Source: an uncultured Alphaproteobacteria bacterium (lineage in GTDB: Bacteria > Pseudomonadota > Alphaproteobacteria > UBA3830 > CAYLKK01). From it: a DNA stretch of 64,000 bases. The DNA is taken from positions 86,159-150,158 of the forward strand of contig CAZMHS010000001.1 of NCBI GenBank assembly GCA_964566185.1. The letters run 5' to 3'. This document shows, in pieces, positions 26,597 to 36,020 of this stretch (position 1 is the first letter of the stretch; every line of letters starts with the position of its first letter). The notes beneath the pieces are model-generated. The model searched no databases. It had not been told where the DNA came from and saw only the letters and a program-made list of their open reading frames with translations. Position numbers and translations under genes: made by a program.

Positions 26597-26980
26597 ATGG
26601 CTCGTGTTACTGTAGAAGATTGTGAAGTTTTGGTTCCTAACAGGTTCCAGTTGGTTGTTCTGGCTAGTCAAAGGGTTAAGCAGATTCAAAACGGTGCTCC
26701 GTTGACCATCGCTCGCGATGAGGATAAAGATACGGTTGTTTCTTTACGAGAAATAGCTTATAAAACAGTTTCTTTAGATGCTTTAAAGGATGCTGTTGTT
26801 GATTCTTTCAGACAAACTGCTTTTATGGAAGATGATGACGACGACGAGGATGATGATAATTATGACCCGGCTGCTTTTAATCTAGAGGTCGGAAAAAGTC
26901 AGAACGACAATTTTGTCGAGCCTGACGCTGCTGTAGATTTTAGCTGTATCATTCAAGAGGCTGAAGATAGCGACGAATAA
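26597..26980 (+). CDS. rpoZ: DNA-directed RNA polymerase subunit omega
   Basis: [30 protein letters not shown] is the RpoZ signature, followed by an acidic C-terminal tail ([13 protein letters not shown]). The ORF-track start at 26462 runs through the promoter and tRNA-Gly. Confidence 0.9.
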   Translation: MARVTVEDCEVLVPNRFQLVVLASQRVKQIQNGAPLTIARDEDKDTVVSLREIAYKTVSLDALKDAVVDSFRQTAFMEDDDDDEDDDNYDPAAFNLEVGKSQNDNFVEPDAAVDFSCIIQEAEDSDE

Positions 26981-27938
26981 GCGCGTAATTCTGCCTGTTG
27001 GTATCGAACGGCGTCTCGATGTATTTATTTCTTTAAATTGCGAAGATATTTCTCGTTCTAAAGCTCAAAGGTTGATTTCTGCTGGTAGCGTGCTAGTTGA
27101 TGGTTGTGTTTGTTCTGATCAGTCTCGTAAAACTAGAATTGGGCAGGTCGTGGAATTTGAGGATGAATGCATTCCATCCGTTTTGCAGGCTGAATGTGTA
27201 GATTTTAAAATTTTGTACGAGGACAGTGACATAATTGTCGTAGACAAACCTGCTGGGGTTGTCGTACATCCTGGCGCTGGAAATAAGTCTGGGACTCTAG
27301 TAAATGGATTATTATTTCATTCTAATGAGTTATCTTCTTATGGTGAGGCAGAGTTGCGTCCAGGAATTGTTCACAGAATTGACAAGGATACGAGTGGTGT
27401 TTTAGTCGTTGCAAAAACTGATTGCGCTCACGCTCATCTTGCTCAGCAATTTGCAGAGCATAGCATTACGAGGATATACGAGTGTTTTGTTTATGGGGTA
27501 CCAAACACTTCAAGAGATGTTGTTCGAGTTAACGGCGTTTATATGCTTCAAACACAGATAGGACGTGACGTAGTTAATAGAAAAAGGATGAAGGTAATAA
27601 AAGAAGGAGGAAAGCTCGCAATAACTATGTTTAAAATTCTTGATGTATTTAAAAATTCTGTGGCATCAAGAGTTGAGTGTGAGCTAAAAACTGGGCGTAC
27701 GCATCAAATTAGAGTGCATATGAGCTATTTGAAGGCTCCGTTAATTGGTGATCAGGTTTATGGAAAAAAAAGAAAAGTAAATGGAGACAATAACGATATA
27801 GTATACAACTTTAATCGGCAAGCTTTACATGCTAAATATTTAAAGTTCAAACATCCTATTACATTACAAGAAATGGAATTTTCATCTGAAATTCCGCACG
27901 ATATGTGTAACCTTAACACAATATTATCAAATTTATAG
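26961..27938 (+). CDS. rluD: 23S rRNA pseudouridine synthase RluD-like (S4 + RluA-family catalytic domain); start codon unresolved
   Basis: Catalytic motif [16 protein letters not shown], plus [11 protein letters not shown]4-domain sequence ([32 protein letters not shown]) is encoded from about 27009. This lies upstream of the first canonical start (TTG 27072). CTG 26961 is given as a provisional start. Confidence 0.8.
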   Translation: MKIATNKRVILPVGIERRLDVFISLNCEDISRSKAQRLISAGSVLVDGCVCSDQSRKTRIGQVVEFEDECIPSVLQAECVDFKILYEDSDIIVVDKPAGVVVHPGAGNKSGTLVNGLLFHSNELSSYGEAELRPGIVHRIDKDTSGVLVVAKTDCAHAHLAQQFAEHSITRIYECFVYGVPNTSRDVVRVNGVYMLQTQIGRDVVNRKRMKVIKEGGKLAITMFKILDVFKNSVASRVECELKTGRTHQIRVHMSYLKAPLIGDQVYGKKRKVNGDNNDIVYNFNRQALHAKYLKFKHPITLQEMEFSSEIPHDMCNLNTILSNL

Positions 27939-27977
27939 TATAGTATACTGTTGATACATTACTATGCTGTGTTGTAT

Positions 27978-28490
27978 ATGCATTTTTTTAAAAATAAGAA
28001 TAATGGTACTACGTTAGTAGAGTTTGCTTTTATCCTTCCTATGCTTGTGACAATTATTTTCGGTATATTAGAGGCGTATAGGCTAAAAGTCGCAGAGAAG
28101 TTAACTGAAAATGTAGCAATGCATGTTGCAACAGAGTTTGCTTTTTCCGAGACTATATCTGCGAATAGGATAAGACAGATAATAAAAAACTGTCACGATG
28201 AAGGAGATATGCTATTATTTGATAATAACGCCATTGATGATAATTTGTTGTGTAGTATAAGTGTTTATTCTAAGCATGATGATGCTAAAAATTCTAACAT
28301 TACGACATGGCCAAATGAGCAAGGTGTGATTACTCTTTCCATACAAGATAAAAATCTTAAAGGGTGTACAGTTGTCGCATACGCTTTTTTGAAGTATAAA
28401 TTTCTAACAACGCTTACAAAAGCCGTATTTACAGGAAGCTCCAATGGAGACTTTATAATCAGGAAAAAGAAATTCACTAAGTGCAACTAA
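27978..28490 (+). CDS. TadE-like (Flp pilus pseudopilin-type) protein
   Basis: The N-terminus (MHFFKNKNNGTTLVEFAFILPMLVTIIFGILEAYRL) matches the TadE/TadF signature (G-x-x-x-VEFA-hydrophobic helix-E). The rest is unrecognised. Confidence 0.6.
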   Translation: MHFFKNKNNGTTLVEFAFILPMLVTIIFGILEAYRLKVAEKLTENVAMHVATEFAFSETISANRIRQIIKNCHDEGDMLLFDNNAIDDNLLCSISVYSKHDDAKNSNITTWPNEQGVITLSIQDKNLKGCTVVAYAFLKYKFLTTLTKAVFTGSSNGDFIIRKKKFTKCN

Positions 28491-28495
28491 AAAAA

Positions 28496-30217
28496 CTAGT
28501 ATTGAATTGATCTTACCGTACTATCAGTTTCTAGCAATAATTCTCGATTATTATTAATGCCGAGGTAGTGAACAATATTAATGCAAATACTTTTTAATTT
28601 AGATTTTATTATAGATAATATAGAAAGTTCATTTTGTATAACATGAATACGAACTGTATCTGATTTCACGTTTTTTTTGATGTCTTCTATGACGTCTAAA
28701 AAACCACCAATCTGATCTATTAGCTTTAGTTGCAATGCTTCACTTCCAAGCCATACCCTACCCTTTGCTGCATGTTTAACATCTTCAACAGCTAGCTTTC
28801 GTCCATTCGATACTCGCTCGATAAATAAGTCGTACAACTCATCAACTATTCTTGCATATTTTGATTGATCTAGCGGTGATAGATCGTGCATAATATTTCC
28901 AAACGAGGAACTCGTATTCGATACTATTTTCTCTACATTTATTCCAAGTTTATTTGTTAATTTTGTAATAACTGGTACAACGCTTACTACGCCGACAGAG
29001 CCAGTAAATGTATACGGTGTTGCAAATATATTACTGTTACTCAAACCACATGCAATCCAATAACCACCTGATGCCGCATAGCTTCCCATCGATACATATA
29101 CTGGAACGTTTTCATTTTTCAAGTATGAATTTAATTCACACAATACATCTTCTGACGCAACAGCTGATCCACCTGGAGAATTAATCCTTACTATATAAGC
29201 TGCATATTTTTCACCACTTTTTTTCATTTTCGAAATTAATTTTTGTATATCACGCCTGGTAATAGATTCTTGCGAAAATGTACTTTCCGAAGACTTTGAT
29301 GAATCGTCTACAATAGTACCTTGTAAGCAGATCACTGCAACACGTGGGGCTGAGTTCTTTTCTAGATTTTCATATGCATAGTCTGATAGCTTAATAAAAC
29401 GCTTTGTCCATTTCAGATCTTTTAGCGCGTCTGGGTATGAAGATATTTTATCTACAAGTTTATTGCGTATAGCGTTACTAGACGAAAACGGGCCGCTATT
29501 GATGATATCGTCATATCCAGTTACACCGCGTTTTGAGAGTTGTTCGTAAAAAAGCTTTCTAATATTCGAAATAATAGACTGCAAGTTTTCTTTTTGAAAC
29601 CGCGACATATTGTACTCTGAATACATATCCGCGTATGTTTTATATGCTTCTCTCTTTTCTACATAAAATGAAACGCCTATTTTTTCACATAATTTTTTCA
29701 TGAACGGAACTGAAGCGCATACGCCTATTAAGTTTAATAGGCCACAAGGATGCATATAAATAACGTTAGAATTACACGCTAGTAAGTACGCTGAATTTGA
29801 GATATTCGCTCCGTATGAGTAAATAGGTTTATTAAATCGCTTCAGAACTTTAGACATCTCATATATGTTCGAAAACGATATATTTGCATCATCGAGTTTT
29901 ATAAAAATACCCTTTACTCTATCATCATTAGTGGCTCGTTCAAGTGCTGTGAGATAGCGGACGAAGGAAACCTCGTCAGTGATGCTATCATCAGATAAAT
30001 CAATCGATATAAAAAATTCCGTTTCTTTTATCTTTGTTACTCCTGTTCCTAGAGAAAAAAGGTTAGCCGTAATTTCTTCGCAAAACGGATCGCATTCCTC
30101 AAAATCAGTTTTTTGTCTAAATTGCGAGCAAGTAACTACCGCACAAACGAGTAACGCTACAGTACAAACGCCAATAAAACAGAAAAAATTTTTTAAGTAC
30201 CGCATACTAAGTATCAA
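28496..30217 (-). CDS. sppA: signal peptide peptidase SppA (protease IV, 67K type)
   Basis: N-terminal TM segment and two tandem ClpP/crotonase-like halves. INSPGGSAVASE, GSYAASGGYWIA and a KGRVWLGSEAL-type motif are present. Confidence 0.85.
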   Translation of the reverse strand: MILSMRYLKNFFCFIGVCTVALLVCAVVTCSQFRQKTDFEECDPFCEEITANLFSLGTGVTKIKETEFFISIDLSDDSITDEVSFVRYLTALERATNDDRVKGIFIKLDDANISFSNIYEMSKVLKRFNKPIYSYGANISNSAYLLACNSNVIYMHPCGLLNLIGVCASVPFMKKLCEKIGVSFYVEKREAYKTYADMYSEYNMSRFQKENLQSIISNIRKLFYEQLSKRGVTGYDDIINSGPFSSSNAIRNKLVDKISSYPDALKDLKWTKRFIKLSDYAYENLEKNSAPRVAVICLQGTIVDDSSKSSESTFSQESITRRDIQKLISKMKKSGEKYAAYIVRINSPGGSAVASEDVLCELNSYLKNENVPVYVSMGSYAASGGYWIACGLSNSNIFATPYTFTGSVGVVSVVPVITKLTNKLGINVEKIVSNTSSSFGNIMHDLSPLDQSKYARIVDELYDLFIERVSNGRKLAVEDVKHAAKGRVWLGSEALQLKLIDQIGGFLDVIEDIKKNVKSDTVRIHVIQNELSILSIIKSKLKSICINIVHYLGINNNRELLLETDSTVRSIQY

Positions 30218-30227
30218 AAGTGGATTT

Positions 30228-31040
30228 TTACATAACTGAAGCTATGTCTGGAGCATCAATTGCTTTCATTCCAACTACGTGATAACCTGAGTCTACGTGA
30301 ATCACCTCTCCGGTTACGCCACTTCCTAGATCGCTTAGCAAAAACATTGCTGCTCCCCCGACATCTTCTAACGTCGTATTTCTTTTCAGTGGTGCATTGT
30401 ACTGGTTCCACTTTAATATATACTTAAAGTCACCGATTGCTGATGCAGCTAAGGTTCTGATCGGACCAGCAGAAATCGCATTAACTCTGATATTCGAACG
30501 TCCAAAATCTACGGCTAAATACTTCACGCTAGCTTCTAAGGCTGCTTTCGCTACTCCCATCACGTTGTAATTAGGCATTACTCGTTCAGCACCAAGATAA
30601 CTAAGTGAAATAATACTACTACCTTCGTTCATATATTGCTCTGCGTAGCGACACATAGATGTAAACGAGTAACACGATACATTCATAGTATTTAGAAAAT
30701 TTGCTTGACTTGTTTCAACGTAACGTCCTGATAGCTCATTTTTATCTGAAAATGCTACTGCATGTACGATAAAGTCAATTTTTCCGTATACCTTACCAAT
30801 ATCTTTGAAAAGAGTTTCTAACGACTGCTCATCTGATGCGTCACATTGAAGTATATGTTTTACGCCTATCGATTCTGCCAATGGGGTTATCCGTTTTAAA
30901 ACAGCATCAGACAAGTAACTGAACGCCATCTCAGCTCCATGTCCTGCTAGCGTTTTCGCTATCCCCCAAGAAATAGAACGCTCATTCGCAATTCCAAGAA
31001 TTAATCCTCGTTTACCTTTCATCATATTGATATCTTCCAC
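30228..31040 (-). CDS. fabI: enoyl-[acyl-carrier-protein] reductase (NADH) FabI
   Basis: GKRGLILGIANERSISWGIAK, VHAVAFSD, YNVMGVAKAALEASVKYLA and NAISAGPIRTLAAS are present. The likely start is an internal Met (31025 or 31022). Confidence 0.9.
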   Translation of the reverse strand: MEDINMMKGKRGLILGIANERSISWGIAKTLAGHGAEMAFSYLSDAVLKRITPLAESIGVKHILQCDASDEQSLETLFKDIGKVYGKIDFIVHAVAFSDKNELSGRYVETSQANFLNTMNVSCYSFTSMCRYAEQYMNEGSSIISLSYLGAERVMPNYNVMGVAKAALEASVKYLAVDFGRSNIRVNAISAGPIRTLAASAIGDFKYILKWNQYNAPLKRNTTLEDVGGAAMFLLSDLGSGVTGEVIHVDSGYHVVGMKAIDAPDIASVM

Positions 31041-31052
31041 AAAAAGTCGACG

Positions 31053-31271
31053 TTACTTCGCTCTAAATGTTACACGTCCCTTGGTAAAGTCATACGGAGT
31101 CATTTCTACGTTGACTTTATCTCCGACCAGAACTCTTATTCTATTCTTCCGCATTTTTCCTGACGTATGAGCCAGGATAACATGATCATTCTCAAGCTTT
31201 ACTCTAAACGTTGCATTTGGCAAAACTTCAATTACTTCTCCAGTAAACTCTATCAAGTCTTCTTTCGACAT
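31053..31271 (-). CDS. infA: translation initiation factor IF-1
   Basis: 72 aa. [61 protein letters not shown] is canonical IF-1. Confidence 0.95.
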   Translation of the reverse strand: MSKEDLIEFTGEVIEVLPNATFRVKLENDHVILAHTSGKMRKNRIRVLVGDKVNVEMTPYDFTKGRVTFRAK

Positions 31272-31330
31272 TAATTCTCCAATATTCTTTTGGCCGAATT
31301 ATAAACACATCATGAGATAAAATCAATATG

Positions 31331-32137
31331 TTAAGTTTCTGATAACGTGAACATTATATCGAGCCTATCATTCTTTTGTCTGTAATACTTTGATGATAGC
31401 AAAAATTCTTCTCCATCATTCGATGCAATTTGAATGCTAATATCTCCGTCTGTTATGACATTTGATAACGACTTTTGCTTGTGGCATAATGGAGGCGCTA
31501 GTATCTTCGTCAGCGCTTTTTCTGACACTGTTCCACCGATAAATGGATCAATTGCTTTATTTCGCCAAAAAGTTTCATCTGATATGATAATTCCAATATG
31601 TTCTGATGTATTTCTTGTATGGAAAAATGCTTGCTGCAGTGTGCAGATATCGTGATCATTAGCAAGTTTTCCTCCGAACGGTAATAATTGTACTTTTCCT
31701 TGCGGAGTATTGTACGTATAGTCAGAACATTGGTGGAAAAACTCTTGTTTATACAGCGTTTGAGGAATGTTAAGTGAGTATTGCTTGCATTTTTGTCCGA
31801 AAAAATTATTCACGGTGCCATTTGAAAAAATTAGCTTTCCGAAGTCTGTATATACAATACTAGCGCTTTTATATGCAGTTAGTTGACCTGCGTACACGCT
31901 TATGTTTTCCTTTTTATCTGAGGAATATAGTTTGGCGTTTGATACGATAGGTTCTAATTGCAACTGGCAAGATAACATAACTCTATTTGGCTCATTATAT
32001 AACTCAATATCATTTTGAGTTATGGAGCCATCAATGCTCAATACAATCTCGGTATTGTAGATCTCATCAGTGTCAGCGATGTAATATTCTCTGCTATTAG
32101 GACGTACGATTGTCCTTATACTATTCTCAAAAGACAT
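31331..32137 (-). CDS. hypothetical protein (no recognisable family)
   Basis: Long ORF with codon usage like its neighbours. ATG 32137 (MSFENS...) was chosen because the ORF-track start (32182) approaches tRNA-Arg. No motifs recognised. Confidence 0.55.
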   Translation of the reverse strand: MSFENSIRTIVRPNSREYYIADTDEIYNTEIVLSIDGSITQNDIELYNEPNRVMLSCQLQLEPIVSNAKLYSSDKKENISVYAGQLTAYKSASIVYTDFGKLIFSNGTVNNFFGQKCKQYSLNIPQTLYKQEFFHQCSDYTYNTPQGKVQLLPFGGKLANDHDICTLQQAFFHTRNTSEHIGIIISDETFWRNKAIDPFIGGTVSEKALTKILAPPLCHKQKSLSNVITDGDISIQIASNDGEEFLLSSKYYRQKNDRLDIMFTLSET

Positions 32138-32204
32138 AAAATCTCCTATTGCTTTTTTAGATAAAAGTGCCGCAGCACACAAAATATAAATTGATTAAAA
32201 AAAA

Positions 32205-32281
32205 TGGTGCACTCTGTAGGATTCGAACCTACGACCTGCGGCTTAGAAGGCCGACGCTCTATCCAGCTGAGCTAAGAGTGC
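32205..32281 (-). tRNA. tRNA-Arg (anticodon TCT), CCA encoded
   Basis: Reverse complement is GCACTCTTAGCTCAGCTGGATAGAGCGTCGGCCTTCTAAGCCGCAGGTCGTAGGTTCGAATCCTACAGAGTGCACCA, with anticodon loop CTTCTAA. Confidence 0.9.
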
Positions 32282-32378
32282 TAACAGGCGAAGTATACAT
32301 TGTTTTAAATCGTAAGTCAAGACATTATTCTTGTATGCTTCTTATGTCTCTAGTGACATATAAGATGGTAAAGCAATT

Positions 32379-33527
32379 TTATAAAATATCATCTTTAATC
32401 TGTTTCAGAAGTTCTGTTTTGCTTATCGTTCCGTAATTTGATGCCCAAATATATTTTAAAGTCTTCAAAATTTGCGAAATCATGCGGACGTCAGTGCAAT
32501 GTATATCTTTTGCAGTTATATCAAACTCATATTGAACATTATTTACGGTGTATTGTATATTTGAATATGCCTGTTTATCGGTTATGATAAAACTTAAATT
32601 CCGTAGCATTTGTTTTCTGGTGTCTTTATTTAATAATAATAAATCTTTCGCAAAATTATCGCTAATCGACAATTCTAAGAGAGTATTTACGATTCTTCTA
32701 AATGCTTTTGGCGGTTTTAGACGTGATAATGCATAATCTGTAGCTTCATCGCCGTTAAAAGCTAGCAATGTAGCTAATCTGTGTTCAGCTGAAATATCAT
32801 GAAAGTCGCATAGCCTATCTTCGGTAAAACAATTTTTCTTTATTGCTAACACATCTTCAAGTAGCCACATAAACTTATTTATTGTGTATATTAGATTGTT
32901 AGATTTAAATATTATCATTAGTTCGTTATATAACCGTTCAGACGATACATTGCATAGACCGCTTATGTTATTACGAAGTATATTAACAACTTCTTGGTCG
33001 AAATATGTCGGAGTGTAGTAAGTTAAAAATCTAAAATATCTTAAAATACGTAAATAATCTTCCTGAATTCTATCTTGAGGAGCGCCGATGAACCTAATGA
33101 TTCCACGATTGAGATCTTTTATTCCACCATGAAAGTCGTACACCTCCCCTCTTACGTCCATATACATTGCGTTAAACGTAAAATCTCGCCTTAGAGAATC
33201 TTCAAACCATGAGGTAGTATACTCAATTTCGGCATGACGTCCATCTGTTTTTACATCTTTTCTTAGCGTTGTTATCTCGATAGGCGTATTTTCAATAAGA
33301 AGCGTGACAGTTCCATACTTTATGCCTGTTTTTATACACTTTATTCCATTACTGTTCGCGTGCATTATTAGCTGATTAACGGGCATGTCTGTCGCCATAT
33401 CTATATCTGTTTCATTCAATTTTCCGATGATATGATTTCGAACGTAGCCACCGACTAGGCGCGCTTCATATCCAGCATTGCTGATGAAATTCATAACGTA
33501 CAATGCGGACTTAGGTATGCTTTTCAT
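32379..33527 (-). CDS. cca: tRNA nucleotidyltransferase (CCA-adding) / poly(A) polymerase family protein
   Basis: The Pol-beta-type head domain is present (LVGGYVRNHIIGKLNETDIDMAT; RKDVKTDGRHAEIEY; RRDFTFNAMY). Length is 382 aa. Confidence 0.8.
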   Translation of the reverse strand: MKSIPKSALYVMNFISNAGYEARLVGGYVRNHIIGKLNETDIDMATDMPVNQLIMHANSNGIKCIKTGIKYGTVTLLIENTPIEITTLRKDVKTDGRHAEIEYTTSWFEDSLRRDFTFNAMYMDVRGEVYDFHGGIKDLNRGIIRFIGAPQDRIQEDYLRILRYFRFLTYYTPTYFDQEVVNILRNNISGLCNVSSERLYNELMIIFKSNNLIYTINKFMWLLEDVLAIKKNCFTEDRLCDFHDISAEHRLATLLAFNGDEATDYALSRLKPPKAFRRIVNTLLELSISDNFAKDLLLLNKDTRKQMLRNLSFIITDKQAYSNIQYTVNNVQYEFDITAKDIHCTDVRMISQILKTLKYIWASNYGTISKTELLKQIKDDIL

Positions 33528-33591
33528 AGGTTGTATCCAAATGTTTTTTATCGTATTATATTATTTATTTTATGGTCTTCAAAGAGGTTGT

Positions 33592-33819
33592 ATGGATAAT
33601 AGTGATATAGCCAAGATGGAGTTTGAGTGCGCGATGGAGGAATTAGAGCGTATCGTCGCAAGATTAGAAAGCGGTGAGGTCACCCTCAAGGACTCTATTC
33701 ACATGTATGAAAGAGGCGTAAGTTTAAAGAAACACTGCGAGGAGTTATTGAATCAAGCAAGGCTAACAGTGCAGAAAGTTAATACCGATAATGATACTAC
33801 TCTTGGGGAAAGCGAATGA
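33592..33819 (+). CDS. xseB: exodeoxyribonuclease VII small subunit
   Basis: FECAMEELERIVARLESGEVTLKDSIHMYERGVSLKKHCEELL is the XseB signature. ATG 33592 was chosen; the ORF-track start at 33478 overlaps cca. Confidence 0.85.
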   Translation: MDNSDIAKMEFECAMEELERIVARLESGEVTLKDSIHMYERGVSLKKHCEELLNQARLTVQKVNTDNDTTLGESE

Positions 33820-34112
33820 GTGTCCTAATTACACCATTTTTAGTCGTAATTCGTGCTGTGCTGGATTTAGCGTATTTTACAGTGATATTGTATGCTATCG
33901 TCGAAACTCTATTCGCTTTTGGTGTGTTAAATGTGACGCATCAGCGGTTATGTATGCTGCATAACCTATTGTGTGATATTATAGAACCTTTTCTTGCACC
34001 AATAAGAAAACGTATTCCGTTTTTTTACAGGTTAGATTTATCAACGCTGATACTTATGTTGATAATTTTATTCTTTCGTGTTATGGTTTCTGAGATTTTG
34101 ATGAAGTTTTGA
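33816..34112 (+). CDS. YggT-family small membrane protein
   Basis: 98 aa with 2-3 TM helices. The central motif (IIEPFLAPIRKRIPFFYRLDLSTLILML) resembles YggT (P-x-L-x-P-x-R-x-x-IP...DLSP). It overlaps xseB by 4 nt. Confidence 0.55.
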   Translation: MSVLITPFLVVIRAVLDLAYFTVILYAIVETLFAFGVLNVTHQRLCMLHNLLCDIIEPFLAPIRKRIPFFYRLDLSTLILMLIILFFRVMVSEILMKF

Positions 34113-34137
34113 AAATTGTGAAATTATAAGGTAGTAA

Positions 34138-34434
34138 ATGACAAAGCTTGAGTTATCTAAAAGATTGTTATCGGTTGATGCATCTGTCGATGGCAAGACT
34201 GCTCTTGAGGTTGTTAATGTCGTGTTGGATACGATTAAAAAGTACGTAAAGCATGGGCATCGAGCAGAGTTTCGTAAATTCGGTTCGTTCATTCCGGTAA
34301 CTCGTTCTGGGTATGAAACGACAAATCCTGCAACAGGAAAGCGAATTATGTTAAAACCACGCGCATTGATGAGGTTTAGAGCCAGTCAATCTTTAAATGA
34401 AAATATGAACAATTACGAAAAGGTTGTCAAATGA
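34138..34434 (+). CDS. HU/IHF-family DNA-binding protein (IHF beta-like N-terminus)
   Basis: MTKLELSKRL...ALEVVNVVLDTIKKYVKHGHRAEFRKFGSF...NPATGKRIMLKPRALMRFRAS shows the HU/IHF fold pattern, including the beta-arm xNPxTG motif. Confidence 0.8.
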   Translation: MTKLELSKRLLSVDASVDGKTALEVVNVVLDTIKKYVKHGHRAEFRKFGSFIPVTRSGYETTNPATGKRIMLKPRALMRFRASQSLNENMNNYEKVVK

Positions 34435-35282
34435 GTTGGTTAACAAATTTTGTACGTCCGAAAATACGAGTGCTAGTTGCAGGGAATGATGTTCCTGATA
34501 ATTTGTGGGATAAGTGCACGTCTTGCGGTCATATGTTGTTTAGAAAGGCGTTAGCAGATAACATGTATGTCTGTCCGCATTGTGATTGTCATATCAAGCT
34601 TCCTGTAATAGATAGAATTCATAGCATATTGGATGATGATTCTTTTGTCGAATTAAAAATTAAAAATGTTGCAATCGATCCGCTAAAGTTTAAGGATACG
34701 AAGAAGTATGTCGACCGTATTAAAGAGTATAAGGCTAAAACAAACTCTGTTGATGCAATCAAAGTAGGCTACGGTAAAATTTTTAATGATGAAGTTACGA
34801 TAGCTTGTTTTAATTTTGATTTTATGGGCGGCTCCATGGGAATGTACGTTGGTGAGGGATTAATAAAGGCTGTGGAGCATTCTTTAGCTAAAAAAGTTCC
34901 TTTGATAATAGTTCCTTGTTCTGGCGGTGCTAGAATGCAAGAGGGTATGTTTTCGCTAATGCAAATGCCGCGTACTGTCGCTGCAATTAATATGTTAAAA
35001 TCTGCCAAAATTCCTTATTTGTCTGTGCTGACGAATCCGACTACAGGCGGCGTCTCCGCGTCTTTTGCTTTGCTTGGTGATATAAATATTGCTGAACCTG
35101 GAGCTTTGATTGCGTTTACCGGTCCTAGGGTAATAGAAGGTACGATAAAAGAAAAACTGCCTGAAGGTTTCCAAAAGTCTGAGTATTTACTCGATCATGG
35201 GATGGTTGATTTGGTCGTACATAGAAAAGAAATGAAAAATACATTATCAAAAATAATCAAAACCCTGTACTATAAAAAATAA
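34431..35282 (+). CDS. accD: acetyl-CoA carboxylase carboxyltransferase subunit beta
   Basis: Zn-ribbon CTSCGHMLFRKALADNMYVCPHCDCH, with DFMGGSMGMYVGE and SGGARMQEG. Confidence 0.95.
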   Translation: MSWLTNFVRPKIRVLVAGNDVPDNLWDKCTSCGHMLFRKALADNMYVCPHCDCHIKLPVIDRIHSILDDDSFVELKIKNVAIDPLKFKDTKKYVDRIKEYKAKTNSVDAIKVGYGKIFNDEVTIACFNFDFMGGSMGMYVGEGLIKAVEHSLAKKVPLIIVPCSGGARMQEGMFSLMQMPRTVAAINMLKSAKIPYLSVLTNPTTGGVSASFALLGDINIAEPGALIAFTGPRVIEGTIKEKLPEGFQKSEYLLDHGMVDLVVHRKEMKNTLSKIIKTLYYKK

Positions 35283-36016
35283 TGCGTTATAAAGCTGTTA
35301 TTGAGTACGACGGGACTGCATTCTATGGTTGGCAGCGACAGAATGATTTGTTGACTGTGCAGCAACGAGTCGAGGAGTCTTTGCTAGCTTTATCTAAAGA
35401 GATAGTTACCGTATACGGTGCAGGTCGTACAGATACCGGCGTTCATGCTTATGGCCAAGTTGCGCATTTCGATTTGCAAACATCGTGTAGCGCATTTCGA
35501 GTTATGGAATGTATGAATCATTTTTTAAAAGATGTACCTATTAGTGTGTTATCATTGGAAGAAGCTGATAGCGATTTTCACGCTAGGTTTAGCGCGAAAG
35601 AGCGTGAGTATGTATATAGAATTGTAAACAGAAGGTCAAAGCCAGCACTGCAAGCAAATAGAGCATGGTGGGTTATTAAAAGTTTAAATGCCGAGTTAAT
35701 GAATGATGCTGCATCTTGTTTACTCGGAGAACATGATTTTTCAGCTTTTAGGGCTCAAGGTTGTCAATCTAAAACGCCAATAAAAACTATTTCTTATATA
35801 CATGTAAAGAGATTTGGAGAGATGATAGAACTTAAAGTAAGAGCAAACGCATTTTTGTACCATCAAGTGAGGAATATCGTTGGCTCATTGTATGATGTAG
35901 GATGTGGGAAGTTATCAAAAACGGAATTCAGTGATATTTTTTACAAGAAAGATCGCTCGATCGCTGGAGTAACTGCCCCAGCATGTGGGCTATATTTTAA
36001 CAAAGTTTACTATTGA
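35282..36016 (+). CDS. truA: tRNA pseudouridine(38-40) synthase TruA
   Basis: MRYKAVIEYDGTAFYGWQRQ, catalytic GAGRTDTGVHAYGQVAHFD, and FLYHQVRNIVG. Confidence 0.95.
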   Translation: MRYKAVIEYDGTAFYGWQRQNDLLTVQQRVEESLLALSKEIVTVYGAGRTDTGVHAYGQVAHFDLQTSCSAFRVMECMNHFLKDVPISVLSLEEADSDFHARFSAKEREYVYRIVNRRSKPALQANRAWWVIKSLNAELMNDAASCLLGEHDFSAFRAQGCQSKTPIKTISYIHVKRFGEMIELKVRANAFLYHQVRNIVGSLYDVGCGKLSKTEFSDIFYKKDRSIAGVTAPACGLYFNKVYY

Positions 36017-36020
36017 GCTT

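Noticed and set aside
26820-26870. GAT/GAC/GAG-rich run (GATGATGACGACGACGAGGATGATGAT) as a possible microsatellite or phase-variation tract
   Set aside because: It is an imperfect codon-level repeat encoding the acidic tail of RpoZ. It is in frame and not a pure repeat unit.
32167-32436. 89-aa + strand ORF
   Set aside because: It is composed largely of the antisense of tRNA-Arg and the 3' end of cca, so it is not a gene.
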